Shown: piece by piece, positions 51,608-60,688 of the stretch
Position numbering within the stretch: the first letter of the stretch is position 1
How the letters are laid out: every line of letters starts with the position of its first letter
Assembly (NCBI GenBank): GCA_903923925.1
Contig: CAIXZF010000039.1
Coordinates: 7,778-71,777 of the forward strand
Reading direction: 5' to 3'
DNA from: an uncultured Bacteroidales bacterium
Lineage (GTDB): Bacteria > Bacteroidota > Bacteroidia > Bacteroidales > CAIXZF01
DNA length: 64,000 nt
Translations under genes and position numbers: made by a program
The notes under the pieces: model-generated
What the model was told of the DNA's origin: nothing
The model's input: the letters and a program-made list of their open reading frames with translations, nothing else
The model's database searches: none

Positions 51608-53434
51608 GTGGAAAATCTGCGTAAGCTCATTTCTTTCATGAGGCCCTACAAGGCCTATGCTTTTTTTAATATCCTGCTGAATATACTTTCAATAGTGTTT
51701 AGTCTGGTATCTCTCACTATGATTATTCCTTTCCTGAACCTGCTCTTCGAAAGGTCGGAACTTACAAAGGTCAGGATTCCGCTTACATTTAGTGTTGATG
51801 CAATTACTCAGAATTTCAATTATTATCTGAGTCAGCTCATTTTAATTTATGGAAAAAATGATGCACTCATTGTAATTTCACTTCTGGTTGTGTTTCTTTT
51901 CTTCCTGAGAAATCTTACGAGATACATGGCTATGTATATTATTAATCCTTTAAGAAATGGCGTAACCCGTGATATCAGGAACAAGGTTTACAGGCACATT
52001 CTTATTCTGCCTTTGTCCTATTTCAGTGAGCAAAAGAAAGGTGATATAATGGCCCGGCTTGCAAATGATGTTCCTGAAGTTGAGTGGTCTATAATGAATA
52101 CACTTACAATGGTTTTCAGAGACCCATTTGCAATAATTTTATATCTGGTAACTCTTTTCCTGATAAGTACAAAACTCAGTATGATTTTACTGATTTCTCT
52201 TCCTTTATCCGGATGGCTTATCAGTTTGATTGGTAAGCAATTAAATAGCATCTCGCAAAAAGGCCAGATAAAATTAGGAGAAATAGTTTCTGCTATTGAG
52301 GAAACTATTCACGGATTAAAAATTATAAAGGCATTTAATGCAATTGATGTGATGAATTTAAGGTTTAAAAACCTTAACCAAAGCTATACTAAGCTGATGA
52401 ACCGTATTTATCGCAGACGTGATCTCAGCAACCCTCTTACAGAATTTCTGGCAATTCTGGTTCTTGTTGTGATAATATGGATAGGAGGAAAACTAGTAAT
52501 TTTTGGCGGACAAAAACTAAGTGCAGAAGTTTTTTTGTTTTATCTGGCAGTATTTTCTCAACTGATTCCTCCGGCAAAAAATCTTATTACCGCCTATTAT
52601 TATATTGAAAGAGGCCTGGCATGTTTTGGACGTGTTGAGGAAATCCTTATGGCTGAGGAGATTATAACTGAAAAGCCAGATGCCAAATCCATTTCTGATT
52701 TGAAAGACAGTATTGAATATAAAAATGTTTCTTTTTCCTATGAGTCGGAGCCAGTGCTGAAGAATATAAATCTGATTATAAGGAAAGGTCAGAAAATTGC
52801 TCTGGTTGGGCCTTCAGGCGGAGGTAAATCAACTCTGGCTGATCTTTTGCCCAGATTTTATGATTGTGTTTCAGGCGAAATTCTGATTGATGGTTTGCCG
52901 ATTACAGATTACAAAATTGATGATCTCAGATCATTAATGGGCGTAGTTACTCAGGAAAGTATTTTGTTTAATGATAGTGTATTGAATAATATTGCTTTTG
53001 GATTATCAGATGTATCTGAAAATGAGGTTATTGAAGCAGCTAAAAAGGCTAACGCTCATAGCTTCATAATGGAAATGCCGGATGGATATCAAACAAATAT
53101 TGGCGACAGAGGTATTAAAATGTCTGGCGGACAGCGGCAGCGCTTAAATATTGCCAGGGCAATTCTCAGAAATCCTCCTCTGTTGATCCTCGATGAGGCT
53201 ACTTCTGCGCTTGATACTGAATCAGAACGAATCGTTCAGGATGCACTCGATAAAGCACTTGAAAACAGAACATCTCTTATTATTGCGCATCGCTTGTCCA
53301 CCATCCAGAAAGCCGATTTGATTGTTGTAGTCAAAAATGGTGAAATTTTTGAAAGTGGAACTCATACTGAATTGCTGAATTCCAATGGTTTATATAAGGA
53401 ACTCTATGCAAATCAGTTTCGGATACAATTGTAA
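51608..53434 (+). CDS. ABC exporter, fused permease/ATPase (MsbA-like)
   Basis: TM domain; GPSGGGKS, MSGGQRQR, LILDEATSALD, IAHRLST. Confidence 0.93.
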   Translation: MENLRKLISFMRPYKAYAFFNILLNILSIVFSLVSLTMIIPFLNLLFERSELTKVRIPLTFSVDAITQNFNYYLSQLILIYGKNDALIVISLLVVFLFFLRNLTRYMAMYIINPLRNGVTRDIRNKVYRHILILPLSYFSEQKKGDIMARLANDVPEVEWSIMNTLTMVFRDPFAIILYLVTLFLISTKLSMILLISLPLSGWLISLIGKQLNSISQKGQIKLGEIVSAIEETIHGLKIIKAFNAIDVMNLRFKNLNQSYTKLMNRIYRRRDLSNPLTEFLAILVLVVIIWIGGKLVIFGGQKLSAEVFLFYLAVFSQLIPPAKNLITAYYYIERGLACFGRVEEILMAEEIITEKPDAKSISDLKDSIEYKNVSFSYESEPVLKNINLIIRKGQKIALVGPSGGGKSTLADLLPRFYDCVSGEILIDGLPITDYKIDDLRSLMGVVTQESILFNDSVLNNIAFGLSDVSENEVIEAAKKANAHSFIMEMPDGYQTNIGDRGIKMSGGQRQRLNIARAILRNPPLLILDEATSALDTESERIVQDALDKALENRTSLIIAHRLSTIQKADLIVVVKNGEIFESGTHTELLNSNGLYKELYANQFRIQL

Positions 53435-53554
53435 TTTTCTGTAACTTTGCATTCGGAACAATATTTGCTCTGTTTTACTTATTCCGGGTTTAAGTGGATA
53501 TATCATGGCATTTCCCATTAAAACAATGGATTAATCAAAAAAAATATTACAAAA

Positions 53555-54223
53555 ATGAAAAAAATCCTGATTCTCATTATTCCGCTGTTTTTTGTATTCA
53601 TTTTTTCCTGTGTACAGGATTTGTCTCCTACTAAACCTAAAATGGAAGGACTTTGGGAAGTAACCGCTGCCTATGATGCTCAGGGAAATAATATTCTACC
53701 TCAAATTTCGCTTCCAGTTGTAGGGTTTCACCTGAGTTCCGATAATACTGTAATTTCGACTGCCGGTCCTCTGATTATGTATATTGTCTATGGCGGAAGT
53801 AATTATGTTACTATGGCTTCAAAAATGGACCAGGTATTTAATTATGCCAGTCTCGATTTTAATGGCGGAGAGTTTTTTATTGGTGATGGAGTACAGGAAC
53901 GTTTTACCCTGGAAATGAAACTTGAAGGCTTACCCGGACAAAAAACGATTACTACTCTTTTGCAGATGCTTAATTTGCAAAGTCAGTGGCTTAACACAGT
54001 TATTTACCATAAGTTTATGGATGTTAAGGTTGATATTTCCAATAACGATAATACAATGACCTGGACATGGGATAACAGCACTAAGGCCTTGTATAACACT
54101 AAGGATCAATATGGTAATTATATTTTGTGGCAGGGTTGGCCGGTAACGAATTTTTCTAAATGTACAGTTGTGCTAACCAAAAGGAGTAATGATCTTACCA
54201 CTTTGGTACAATCTCATATTTAG
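53555..54223 (+). CDS. Hypothetical lipoprotein (possibly lipocalin-like)
   Basis: Lipobox IFSC; EGLWEV (GxW) motif. Confidence 0.7.
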   Translation: MKKILILIIPLFFVFIFSCVQDLSPTKPKMEGLWEVTAAYDAQGNNILPQISLPVVGFHLSSDNTVISTAGPLIMYIVYGGSNYVTMASKMDQVFNYASLDFNGGEFFIGDGVQERFTLEMKLEGLPGQKTITTLLQMLNLQSQWLNTVIYHKFMDVKVDISNNDNTMTWTWDNSTKALYNTKDQYGNYILWQGWPVTNFSKCTVVLTKRSNDLTTLVQSHI

Positions 54224-54248
54224 AAAGTTAACCTCTATTAGCCATTGA

Positions 54249-55055
54249 ATGCATCCTGACCTTTTCAGAATCACCGTTCCGGAATTTCTAAGATCGGTTT
54301 TTCCACATTATTTAACAATACACACTTATGGCGCTTGTATTGCAATCGGAGTCTATTTGGCTATCTGGTACACAATCAGGCAATCTAAAAAAGAGCTTGG
54401 ATTGAATTCTGACCCCATTCTTTCATTGGCGTTGATAATCATCATTTCAGCATTTATTGGCGGCAAAATCTTTTATTATTTGGAGAAGCCGTCAATTTAC
54501 TTAGCGAATCCCGAAAAAATGTTGAATTCGATGGGAGCGGGGTTCGTATTTTATGGTTCTTTGCTTTTCGCAATTCCATCGGTATTATGGTACCTGAAGA
54601 AGAACAAAATCCTAGTATGGCCAATGCTGGATATCATGGCAATAACAATTTGTATCGTACATGGTTTCGGAAGATTAGGATGCTTTTTTGCTGGTTGCTG
54701 CCATGGATTGCCTTCGGATGCTCCGTTTGCTGTTGTGTTTTCAAATCCTGCCTGTGCTGCTGATATTAAAACGATGCCCGTTCATCCAACTCAACTCTAC
54801 GAAGTTGTGATGATCCTGATTATTGCATTAATATTACAGATATTACGACAGAGAAAACAGTTCAACGGACAGATTTTTCTCGTTTATATTATGCTTTATG
54901 GTATTGGCAGAAGTTTCATTGAGATTTTTCGTGGAGATTCAGAAAGAGGTTTTATCATTCCCGCTGTAATTTCATATTCTCAGCTTATCTCCTTTCTGTT
55001 GATTATAGCCGCTGCTGCATTGTACTGGCGTCTGAAGAAATCAAACCAATCGTAA
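54249..55055 (+). CDS. lgt: Prolipoprotein diacylglyceryl transferase
   Basis: TYG, GFVFYG, GRLGCFFAGCCHG, HPTQLYE, RSFIEIFRGD. Confidence 0.93.
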   Translation: MHPDLFRITVPEFLRSVFPHYLTIHTYGACIAIGVYLAIWYTIRQSKKELGLNSDPILSLALIIIISAFIGGKIFYYLEKPSIYLANPEKMLNSMGAGFVFYGSLLFAIPSVLWYLKKNKILVWPMLDIMAITICIVHGFGRLGCFFAGCCHGLPSDAPFAVVFSNPACAADIKTMPVHPTQLYEVVMILIIALILQILRQRKQFNGQIFLVYIMLYGIGRSFIEIFRGDSERGFIIPAVISYSQLISFLLIIAAAALYWRLKKSNQS

Positions 55056-55160
55056 TATTATTAATACCAATTCCTGAGTTAGATACTTTTAACTAAAATT
55101 GACTATTAATATTCAGTTTTGTGTCTTATATTTATGGCATAATTAAACGATGCTATTACT

Positions 55161-55502
55161 ATGGAAGCACAAAAAATTGACATGTTCCTGATGACCTACG
55201 GAAAGTATTTTTCGAGAGACAGAGTTATGGAAATTCGCCACCGTCTTGAAAGTTCACCTGATGAGAAATTTGCAATTCTACAGGCAGTTTCCTTCAAAGA
55301 ACCTGTATTAACATTGGTAATATCTTTACTTGGAGGAAGTTTGGGAATCGACAGATTCTTTCTTGGCGAAACAGGTTTAGGTGTTGCCAAGCTATTAACT
55401 TGTGGAGGATTAGGTATCTGGACCATTATAGATTGGTTCCTTATCATGGATAAGGCGCGCGAAATCAATGATATCAAAATAAATGAGGTGCTGAGTTATT
55501 AG
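55161..55502 (+). CDS. TM2-domain membrane protein
   Basis: LGIDRFFLG..GLGVAKLLTCGGLGIW.IID. Confidence 0.9.
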   Translation: MEAQKIDMFLMTYGKYFSRDRVMEIRHRLESSPDEKFAILQAVSFKEPVLTLVISLLGGSLGIDRFFLGETGLGVAKLLTCGGLGIWTIIDWFLIMDKAREINDIKINEVLSY

Positions 55503-55504
55503 AA

Positions 55505-55945
55505 ATGCGGCTGCCTTATTTAAAAAGCCCTGTCAGACGGTTTTATAGTTTTTTAATATTAATGTACCTGGCTGGACTTCTTCTGATACTTTGGAATCCC
55601 GAAACCGAACCGGGCAGGTATTCGTCTGCCTGCTTTTTCAGGAACATCACCGGGATACCTTGTCCTGGTTGCGGAATGGGCAGGGGAGTTGTTCATACAT
55701 TTCAACTCGACTTTATTAGTGCGGTTAAATCCCACCCTTTTGCAGTGCTGGTAGGCTTGATAATTATTGTGCTGCCGATTTGGGTTTGCATCGACTTGTT
55801 TCGAAGAAGTAAATCATTGTTTGTGTTTTCAGGCCAGCTAGATTTCTATTTTGCCCAAAACAGATGGGCTTTTTGGTCGTTGATGATTTTGTTAGTCCTT
55901 CTTTGGATTATTAATATTTATAAATTTCAACATAGCGGGTTATGA
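55505..55945 (+). CDS. DUF2752-family membrane protein
   Basis: C..RNITGIPCPGCGMGR...HP motif. Confidence 0.85.
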   Translation: MRLPYLKSPVRRFYSFLILMYLAGLLLILWNPETEPGRYSSACFFRNITGIPCPGCGMGRGVVHTFQLDFISAVKSHPFAVLVGLIIIVLPIWVCIDLFRRSKSLFVFSGQLDFYFAQNRWAFWSLMILLVLLWIINIYKFQHSGL

Positions 55946-57183
55946 ATTTTATTGTCAAACCACAAGTTTCGGAAAGAGAATGCGAAGCTGCATCTCACGC
56001 CTGGGTAATGTCGCTGATGACAGTAATGATTGGTTTACCATTTCCAATCCTCAACTTATTATCCTGTTTATTGTTCTTCCTACTTCTGCCTTCCAAAACT
56101 CCGTTTATCCGTTTCCATGCTCTGCAGGCAGTTACTTCGCAATCGTTGATTATTATCGTCAACTCTTTTGGGATCAGCTGGGCAATTTCGATTTATTTTG
56201 GAAAAGCTCAATTCAATGACATTTTTGTTGCGTATTTAATAACTGCAATAATTTTTAACATTACAGATTATGTCTATAATATTATTGCAGCATTGAAGTC
56301 TAAACGGGGAGAATTATACCGTTTTGCTTTCTTTGGTACTTTAAGTTACTTGGTTTATTATGCTGATAAACAGGATAATAATGTAAAGACAGAACTCTTT
56401 CGCAGGATGACGACAGAATTCCTGACCATTGTTGTTTCATTCGGAATATTATTCGGAGTATTAAATGAATTAAAATTAGCACCTTCCAGCAAATCGCTAA
56501 CAATTCCTATTGCTCAGGAACAGAAATTAGGTAAAAAAATGGTAAATGTAATTCTGGCTACTTCCGATGAAATTTCAAATCCCACAATAGATAGTGCTGT
56601 AATCCAGGTATTTAACAGACTAAAAGCTAATGTTTCTGAAAGTGAATATGCGTACAATTTGTATATTATTGATAATGAAGAGGTTAATGCAATGACTATT
56701 CCAGGAGGCAATATATTGATATTTAGTGGTTTGATTAAATTTTGCAATTCTCCTGAAGAGCTATCTGCTGTAATAGCTCATGAAATGGGACATGTTGAGA
56801 ATAGAGATGTAGTTTCAAGATTGGTGCGTAATCTTGGTATTAATGTTATAATTTCCGGGCTTCTTGGAGATCATAAAGTTATACGTGACCTTAATCAGCA
56901 GTTAATTAATTCTGCTTTCGATAGAAAGCAGGAGGCCGATGCAGATCAATTCGCTTTAAAATTGTTGGAGAAAAGCAAGATTGATCCAAAAAGTCTTGGT
57001 AATTTTTTTAAGGGATTAAAAGATAAACACGGTTTTATGACAGATAATCTTGAAATTATTTCGTCTCATCCACCAGATGCAAAACGAATAGATGCAGCAA
57101 TGAATTTTAAAACATCCAAATCATTTTCGATTCAGGAATTTCAAGGGATTAACTGGACAAATGTGCAGCGTCAGGTAAAATAG
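55942..57183 (+). CDS. DUF4870-like membrane domain fused to an M48 zinc peptidase
   Basis: FIRFHALQA TM domain; VNA..PGG, AHEMGH, EADAD, SSHP M48 motifs. Confidence 0.85.
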   Translation: MNFIVKPQVSERECEAASHAWVMSLMTVMIGLPFPILNLLSCLLFFLLLPSKTPFIRFHALQAVTSQSLIIIVNSFGISWAISIYFGKAQFNDIFVAYLITAIIFNITDYVYNIIAALKSKRGELYRFAFFGTLSYLVYYADKQDNNVKTELFRRMTTEFLTIVVSFGILFGVLNELKLAPSSKSLTIPIAQEQKLGKKMVNVILATSDEISNPTIDSAVIQVFNRLKANVSESEYAYNLYIIDNEEVNAMTIPGGNILIFSGLIKFCNSPEELSAVIAHEMGHVENRDVVSRLVRNLGINVIISGLLGDHKVIRDLNQQLINSAFDRKQEADADQFALKLLEKSKIDPKSLGNFFKGLKDKHGFMTDNLEIISSHPPDAKRIDAAMNFKTSKSFSIQEFQGINWTNVQRQVK

Positions 57184-57262
57184 CAGCTTAGCGTATTAGA
57201 ATTCATTTTAAGCTAGATGATGAATTCAGCCCTGGAATATCAGGGAAAATGAGGTTTATTAT

Positions 57263-57290
57263 TTGTCCGATAATTAATAATAAATTTACA
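57263..57290 (+). other. dif-like site (good XerC arm, degenerate XerD arm) at the left boundary of the element
   Basis: TTGTCCGATAA-TTAATA-ATAAATTTACA in 11-6-11 geometry; right arm matches TTATGTTAAAT at only 5 of 11 positions. Confidence 0.4.
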
Positions 57291-57527
57291 GTTAATGGCC
57301 TGCCTTATAGAGCCTTACTAAATAAATGGATTTCAATCCCTTAGCCACAGCCTGAGAGCTATTTTAACCTATTTTTTCTTCAGTTACATGATTTCTGGCA
57401 TACGAAACTTTTCAACTGTCTTTTACGTGATATATACTATTGTTATTTAATGCGTTACGCTATATGATTTTCAATTATTGACAACTACAAAGGATTTCGG
57501 TACATTTGCAAATCAAAATTTATCAAT

Positions 57528-57725
57528 ATGAAAACATTAGTTTTTGAATACGATGAAAAATCAAGATCAGCAAAGGCATTTATTACTGTGCTAAATCAGG
57601 TTCCATGGGCACATGTTAAAAAAAATCCAAATGCAAAACTTAAAAAAGCAATGCAGGAGGCGGCAGAAGGAAAATTAACAGATTTTAAAAATTCTAAAGA
57701 CATGCATAAAAAAATGGGGCTTTAA
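57528..57725 (+). CDS. Type II antitoxin (DinJ/RelB-like C-terminus)
   Basis: PNAKLKKAMQEAAEGK..F.NS motif; 1 nt upstream of the toxin gene; -7 element TACATTTG at 57501. Confidence 0.8.
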   Translation: MKTLVFEYDEKSRSAKAFITVLNQVPWAHVKKNPNAKLKKAMQEAAEGKLTDFKNSKDMHKKMGL

Positions 57726-57726
57726 A

Positions 57727-57999
57727 ATGTATTCAGGTTCATATACTAACGAATTTGAAAAAAATACAGAATTAGCTAAACGCAAAGGGTTTAATATTAA
57801 ATTATTGGATATTGTCATTGATAAGCTACTTGAAAGAAAACCTTTAGCGAAACACTACCGGAATCATAAATTAGAAGGTGAATATAAAGGCTGTTGGGAA
57901 TGCCATGTAGCCCCAGACTGGCTTATAATATATAAATATAACCACCCTGAAAAAAAAATCATATTCCTTTCATACGGCAGCCATTCAGATTTATTTTGA
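57727..57999 (+). CDS. yafQ: YafQ-family mRNA interferase toxin
   Basis: YRNHKLEG.YKGCWECHVAPDWLIIY...GSHSDLF. Confidence 0.93.
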   Translation: MYSGSYTNEFEKNTELAKRKGFNIKLLDIVIDKLLERKPLAKHYRNHKLEGEYKGCWECHVAPDWLIIYKYNHPEKKIIFLSYGSHSDLF

Positions 58000-58188
58000 G
58001 TATTTAATTCCAAGCTCCATAATTTTATACCCGGCCGTTTTAAAAAACTGCATTTGTGTTTCTGTTAAACGGTCGCCGGCTTTCATTTGATTTATGTTTT
58101 CCTCCCATATCAATAAATCCTGAATTGCCTTTTGTAAATCGCGCAAATCCTTTGTGTTGATTTTTTTTATATCCTGTTTTTTTTCCAT
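57991..58188 (-). CDS. Small hypothetical protein downstream of the repressor
   Basis: ATG start 15 nt after the repressor stop, same strand; helical 65-aa ORF. Confidence 0.6.
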   Translation of the reverse strand: MEKKQDIKKINTKDLRDLQKAIQDLLIWEENINQMKAGDRLTETQMQFFKTAGYKIMELGIKYSK

Positions 58189-58203
58189 ATACTGAGGTTT
58201 ATT

Positions 58204-58539
58204 TTACGGTTCAATTCCGAACATTTTCTTTACTATTTTGGCCTGATCTGATAGTATTTCAACTTGCTTTGTCAATAATTTTAGTTCATTAATTGCCCGG
58301 TCTTTTCTTTCGATATCTTTCATTTGGTTCGATGAATCTGAAATATCAAAAAAATGGTCTGGTGTAACACCTAATTTTTCAGCGATTAATAAAAGGTTTG
58401 AAACCTTTAAATCTCCCCGATTTAGCATTTTATTTAACCCTGATCGTGTTAAACCAATAGAAGCCGCCAAGGTAGGAATAGAAATATTTTTCTCCTTTGC
58501 TAAATCATTTATTCTTCTGATTACTAGATCAATATCCAT
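58204..58539 (-). CDS. XRE/CI-like repressor
   Basis: ISIPTLAASIGLTRSGLNKML..GDLKVSNL..IAEKLGV HTH; coiled-coil tail; divergent from a Cro-like gene. Confidence 0.88.
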   Translation of the reverse strand: MDIDLVIRRINDLAKEKNISIPTLAASIGLTRSGLNKMLNRGDLKVSNLLLIAEKLGVTPDHFFDISDSSNQMKDIERKDRAINELKLLTKQVEILSDQAKIVKKMFGIEP

Positions 58540-58568
58540 TTATTAACAAAAAGTGTTAGTAACTTTCG

Positions 58569-58645
58569 TCTACATGTAGATTAATTTCTACATTTACCGC
58601 CTATAATTGCAGTACGAATTTACTGTAATATTTGACAGAAGTCAA
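58569..58645. promoter_or_regulatory. Genetic-switch intergenic region with several palindromes
   Basis: TCTACATGTAGA (58569), ATGTAGA-N6-TCTACAT (58574-58593), TTGCAGTA-N6-TACTGTAA (58607-58628), TTGAC-N4-GTCAA (58632-58645). Confidence 0.6.
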
Positions 58646-58670
58646 CAAATTCACTTAACACATCATTAAT

Positions 58671-58910
58671 ATGGAAACAGCAGTCAACAAAAAACTCAGG
58701 CTTAAACCTGACTTAATCAATTTGATACGAAAAAACCGGCCTCTTTTTAATGCCGTTAAAGACCGGTTGGAGATCCAGGAAAGAACCTTATACAGGTACT
58801 TGAAAAACAACAATAAGTTATTAATGCTGCCTGATGTGCTGAAAGTAATTGAAGCCTATACACATGCAGAATTAGAGGAGCCTATTGAGGAAATTCATGC
58901 AACTGCATAG
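58671..58910 (+). CDS. Cro-like small HTH protein
   Basis: AVKDRLEIQERTLYRYLKNN HTH-like segment; first gene of the rightward operon. Confidence 0.7.
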   Translation: METAVNKKLRLKPDLINLIRKNRPLFNAVKDRLEIQERTLYRYLKNNNKLLMLPDVLKVIEAYTHAELEEPIEEIHATA

Positions 58911-59121
58911 ACCGATGGAAGCAAAACGACTTTTAACCATTGTGCGGACAGTGGAACAAATTGCATCCGTAAAACATGCCCTGCAGGCTGTAGAAGATCT
59001 GAAATTCATCTCAGGCCTGTATCCCTCCAACATTCAGGTAAAAATCCGCCTGATGAAAACCAAGGAACGCCTAACATATATGAGGCAAAAAGAAAGAAGA
59101 TTACAACTTTTAAATAATTAA
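58885..59121 (+). CDS. Hypothetical element protein (start may be 58897)
   Basis: Tightly packed in the rightward operon; helical. Confidence 0.55.
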   Translation: MRKFMQLHRPMEAKRLLTIVRTVEQIASVKHALQAVEDLKFISGLYPSNIQVKIRLMKTKERLTYMRQKERRLQLLNN

Positions 59122-59123
59122 GG

Positions 59124-59375
59124 ATGATTACAATATTCAGAGTTTTTATTATTGTCGCCACATTTCAGGCGATATCCTGGACACCACAACCATGTTCCCA
59201 GGCAGAAGTATTTCAAACAAGTTTCGACACCATTACAGCCTTTGAAGGAAATTGCCCGTCATGCGCACATAAAGTTTACTCGCAAGCAAAAGCCAATGAA
59301 TGGAAGCTGCAAGGCTCTCCCGAATGGAAAGTAATCATTAAGGTTTACAAAGATTCTTTGGAGGTGGAGCCATGA
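59124..59375 (+). CDS. Hypothetical protein with signal-like N-terminus and CxxC
   Basis: Starts 2 nt after the previous stop; CPSCAH. Confidence 0.55.
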   Translation: MITIFRVFIIVATFQAISWTPQPCSQAEVFQTSFDTITAFEGNCPSCAHKVYSQAKANEWKLQGSPEWKVIIKVYKDSLEVEP

Positions 59376-59536
59376 TTAAACTTACAAGATTTCTTTGGCG
59401 GTTAAGTATAATACCGTTGACATTAACGATTGTTTGTATCCTTTTTATAGCCGGAATCCTTTTCATAGCAACCGGAATAGACCCTGAATGGAAATTCATA
59501 CATAATTGGCGCGATAAAATTTACGGAAGGGGGTAA
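59372..59536 (+). CDS. 54-aa membrane protein, absent from the ORF track
   Basis: ATGA-coupled to the previous gene; MIKLTRFLWRLSIIPLTLTIVCILFIAGILFIATGIDPEWKFIHNWRDKIYGRG. Confidence 0.6.
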   Translation: MIKLTRFLWRLSIIPLTLTIVCILFIAGILFIATGIDPEWKFIHNWRDKIYGRG

Positions 59537-59538
59537 AC

Positions 59539-59730
59539 ATGGCAGGTAAACAAGCCCAAAGCCCAGAATTTGAAGCCAAGATGGATGAAATGATAATCCG
59601 GATTTCAACCCTTATGAATGAGTACAATATTGGAAAGATTTCACTTAACATTTATACCGATAAAAATGGAAAAAATAAACAAAAAAGAGGCAATCAACAA
59701 TATTTTCACAGCCTTACAGATAATTCATGA
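59539..59730 (+). CDS. Small hypothetical protein
   Basis: Starts 2 nt after the previous stop; overlaps the next ORF. Confidence 0.45.
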   Translation: MAGKQAQSPEFEAKMDEMIIRISTLMNEYNIGKISLNIYTDKNGKNKQKRGNQQYFHSLTDNS

Positions 59731-60211
59731 GTTTTCGAGTATAGAGCCGGCAGAAATAAGCATTTCGGATATTTTTAGAATCTGTAATGCTCCATTTTAC
59801 ACCAACATGCAAAAGCCTTGCGAAATGTGGTTCCTGTTCAAAAAGGTGCCAGGCAATAAGATTCTATGGACAGGGCAACCACCAAGCCATAAAATTGCAG
59901 AGGCCATCCTTGCCACCGGCAGAAAATTAATTTCAGATAAAAAACGCAGCAAAAAACAAATGATTAAACAAGCATCCCCGGAACGACAATTTGAAGCTGC
60001 ATTTTATGGAAATTGTGGTGTAAACATTAACAATGAGGGGAGCAACGGAAGAAGCTTCATTCAAAGTACCATAACAACCAGGGTAAACACTGAGAGGTTA
60101 AATACTTTAAAACTCGCAGTTAAAGCAAGTATGAAACTTGATATGCCAACTCAGCACTACCAGCACTGGCTTGATGAAATTGAAGAATTAACAGGTATTT
60201 TAGCATCTTAA
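59666..60211 (+). CDS. Hypothetical element protein
   Basis: ORF 59618-60211; likelier start ATG 59666 after an A-rich stretch. Confidence 0.6.
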   Translation: MEKINKKEAINNIFTALQIIHEFSSIEPAEISISDIFRICNAPFYTNMQKPCEMWFLFKKVPGNKILWTGQPPSHKIAEAILATGRKLISDKKRSKKQMIKQASPERQFEAAFYGNCGVNINNEGSNGRSFIQSTITTRVNTERLNTLKLAVKASMKLDMPTQHYQHWLDEIEELTGILAS

Positions 60212-60214
60212 GCC

Positions 60215-60688
60215 ATGCCGGACGAATTTTCAACCTCCTTAGAGGTAATAATAGAATATTTCAGAAAGCAAGTAGACAAGGGCTACATTAAGGATAAACA
60301 AGCAGAATACTTCGAAATGCAGTTAAAATGCCTACTCCAATGGCGTGATAACCAGGAAAAGTTTGTCAGCGAAAAGGATTTTGAATACATGGCCGAGATA
60401 GATCTACTGAAAATGGATTTGGTTCATTCAAAACGATATAGTGAAATCCTGGAGGCTATCTGTTTACACCATGGAATTATTGATTTATCCGCACTTATTA
60501 ATAAACCTTATCAAATGCACATTGAAAATGCTTTTCGGGCATGCAATTATAAGGAATATCAGTTACCGCTTGTGTTTTACAATTATTTCAAAAAGAATAA
60601 CATAAAACCTTTCAGTTCTGAGTGTTACAATTTAACACCAGAAATACTTGAACACTATAATTCATTATTAATAGGGGTAAATTCATGA
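60215..60688 (+). CDS. Hypothetical protein coupled to the replication gene
   Basis: ATGA overlap with 60685. Confidence 0.65.
   Translation: MPDEFSTSLEVIIEYFRKQVDKGYIKDKQAEYFEMQLKCLLQWRDNQEKFVSEKDFEYMAEIDLLKMDLVHSKRYSEILEAICLHHGIIDLSALINKPYQMHIENAFRACNYKEYQLPLVFYNYFKKNNIKPFSSECYNLTPEILEHYNSLLIGVNS

Noticed and set aside
53424-53433. Isolated TACAATTGTA copy (and TACAAATGTA at 62769)
   Set aside because: Single 10-mers in AT-rich DNA; the second is explained by a -7 promoter element
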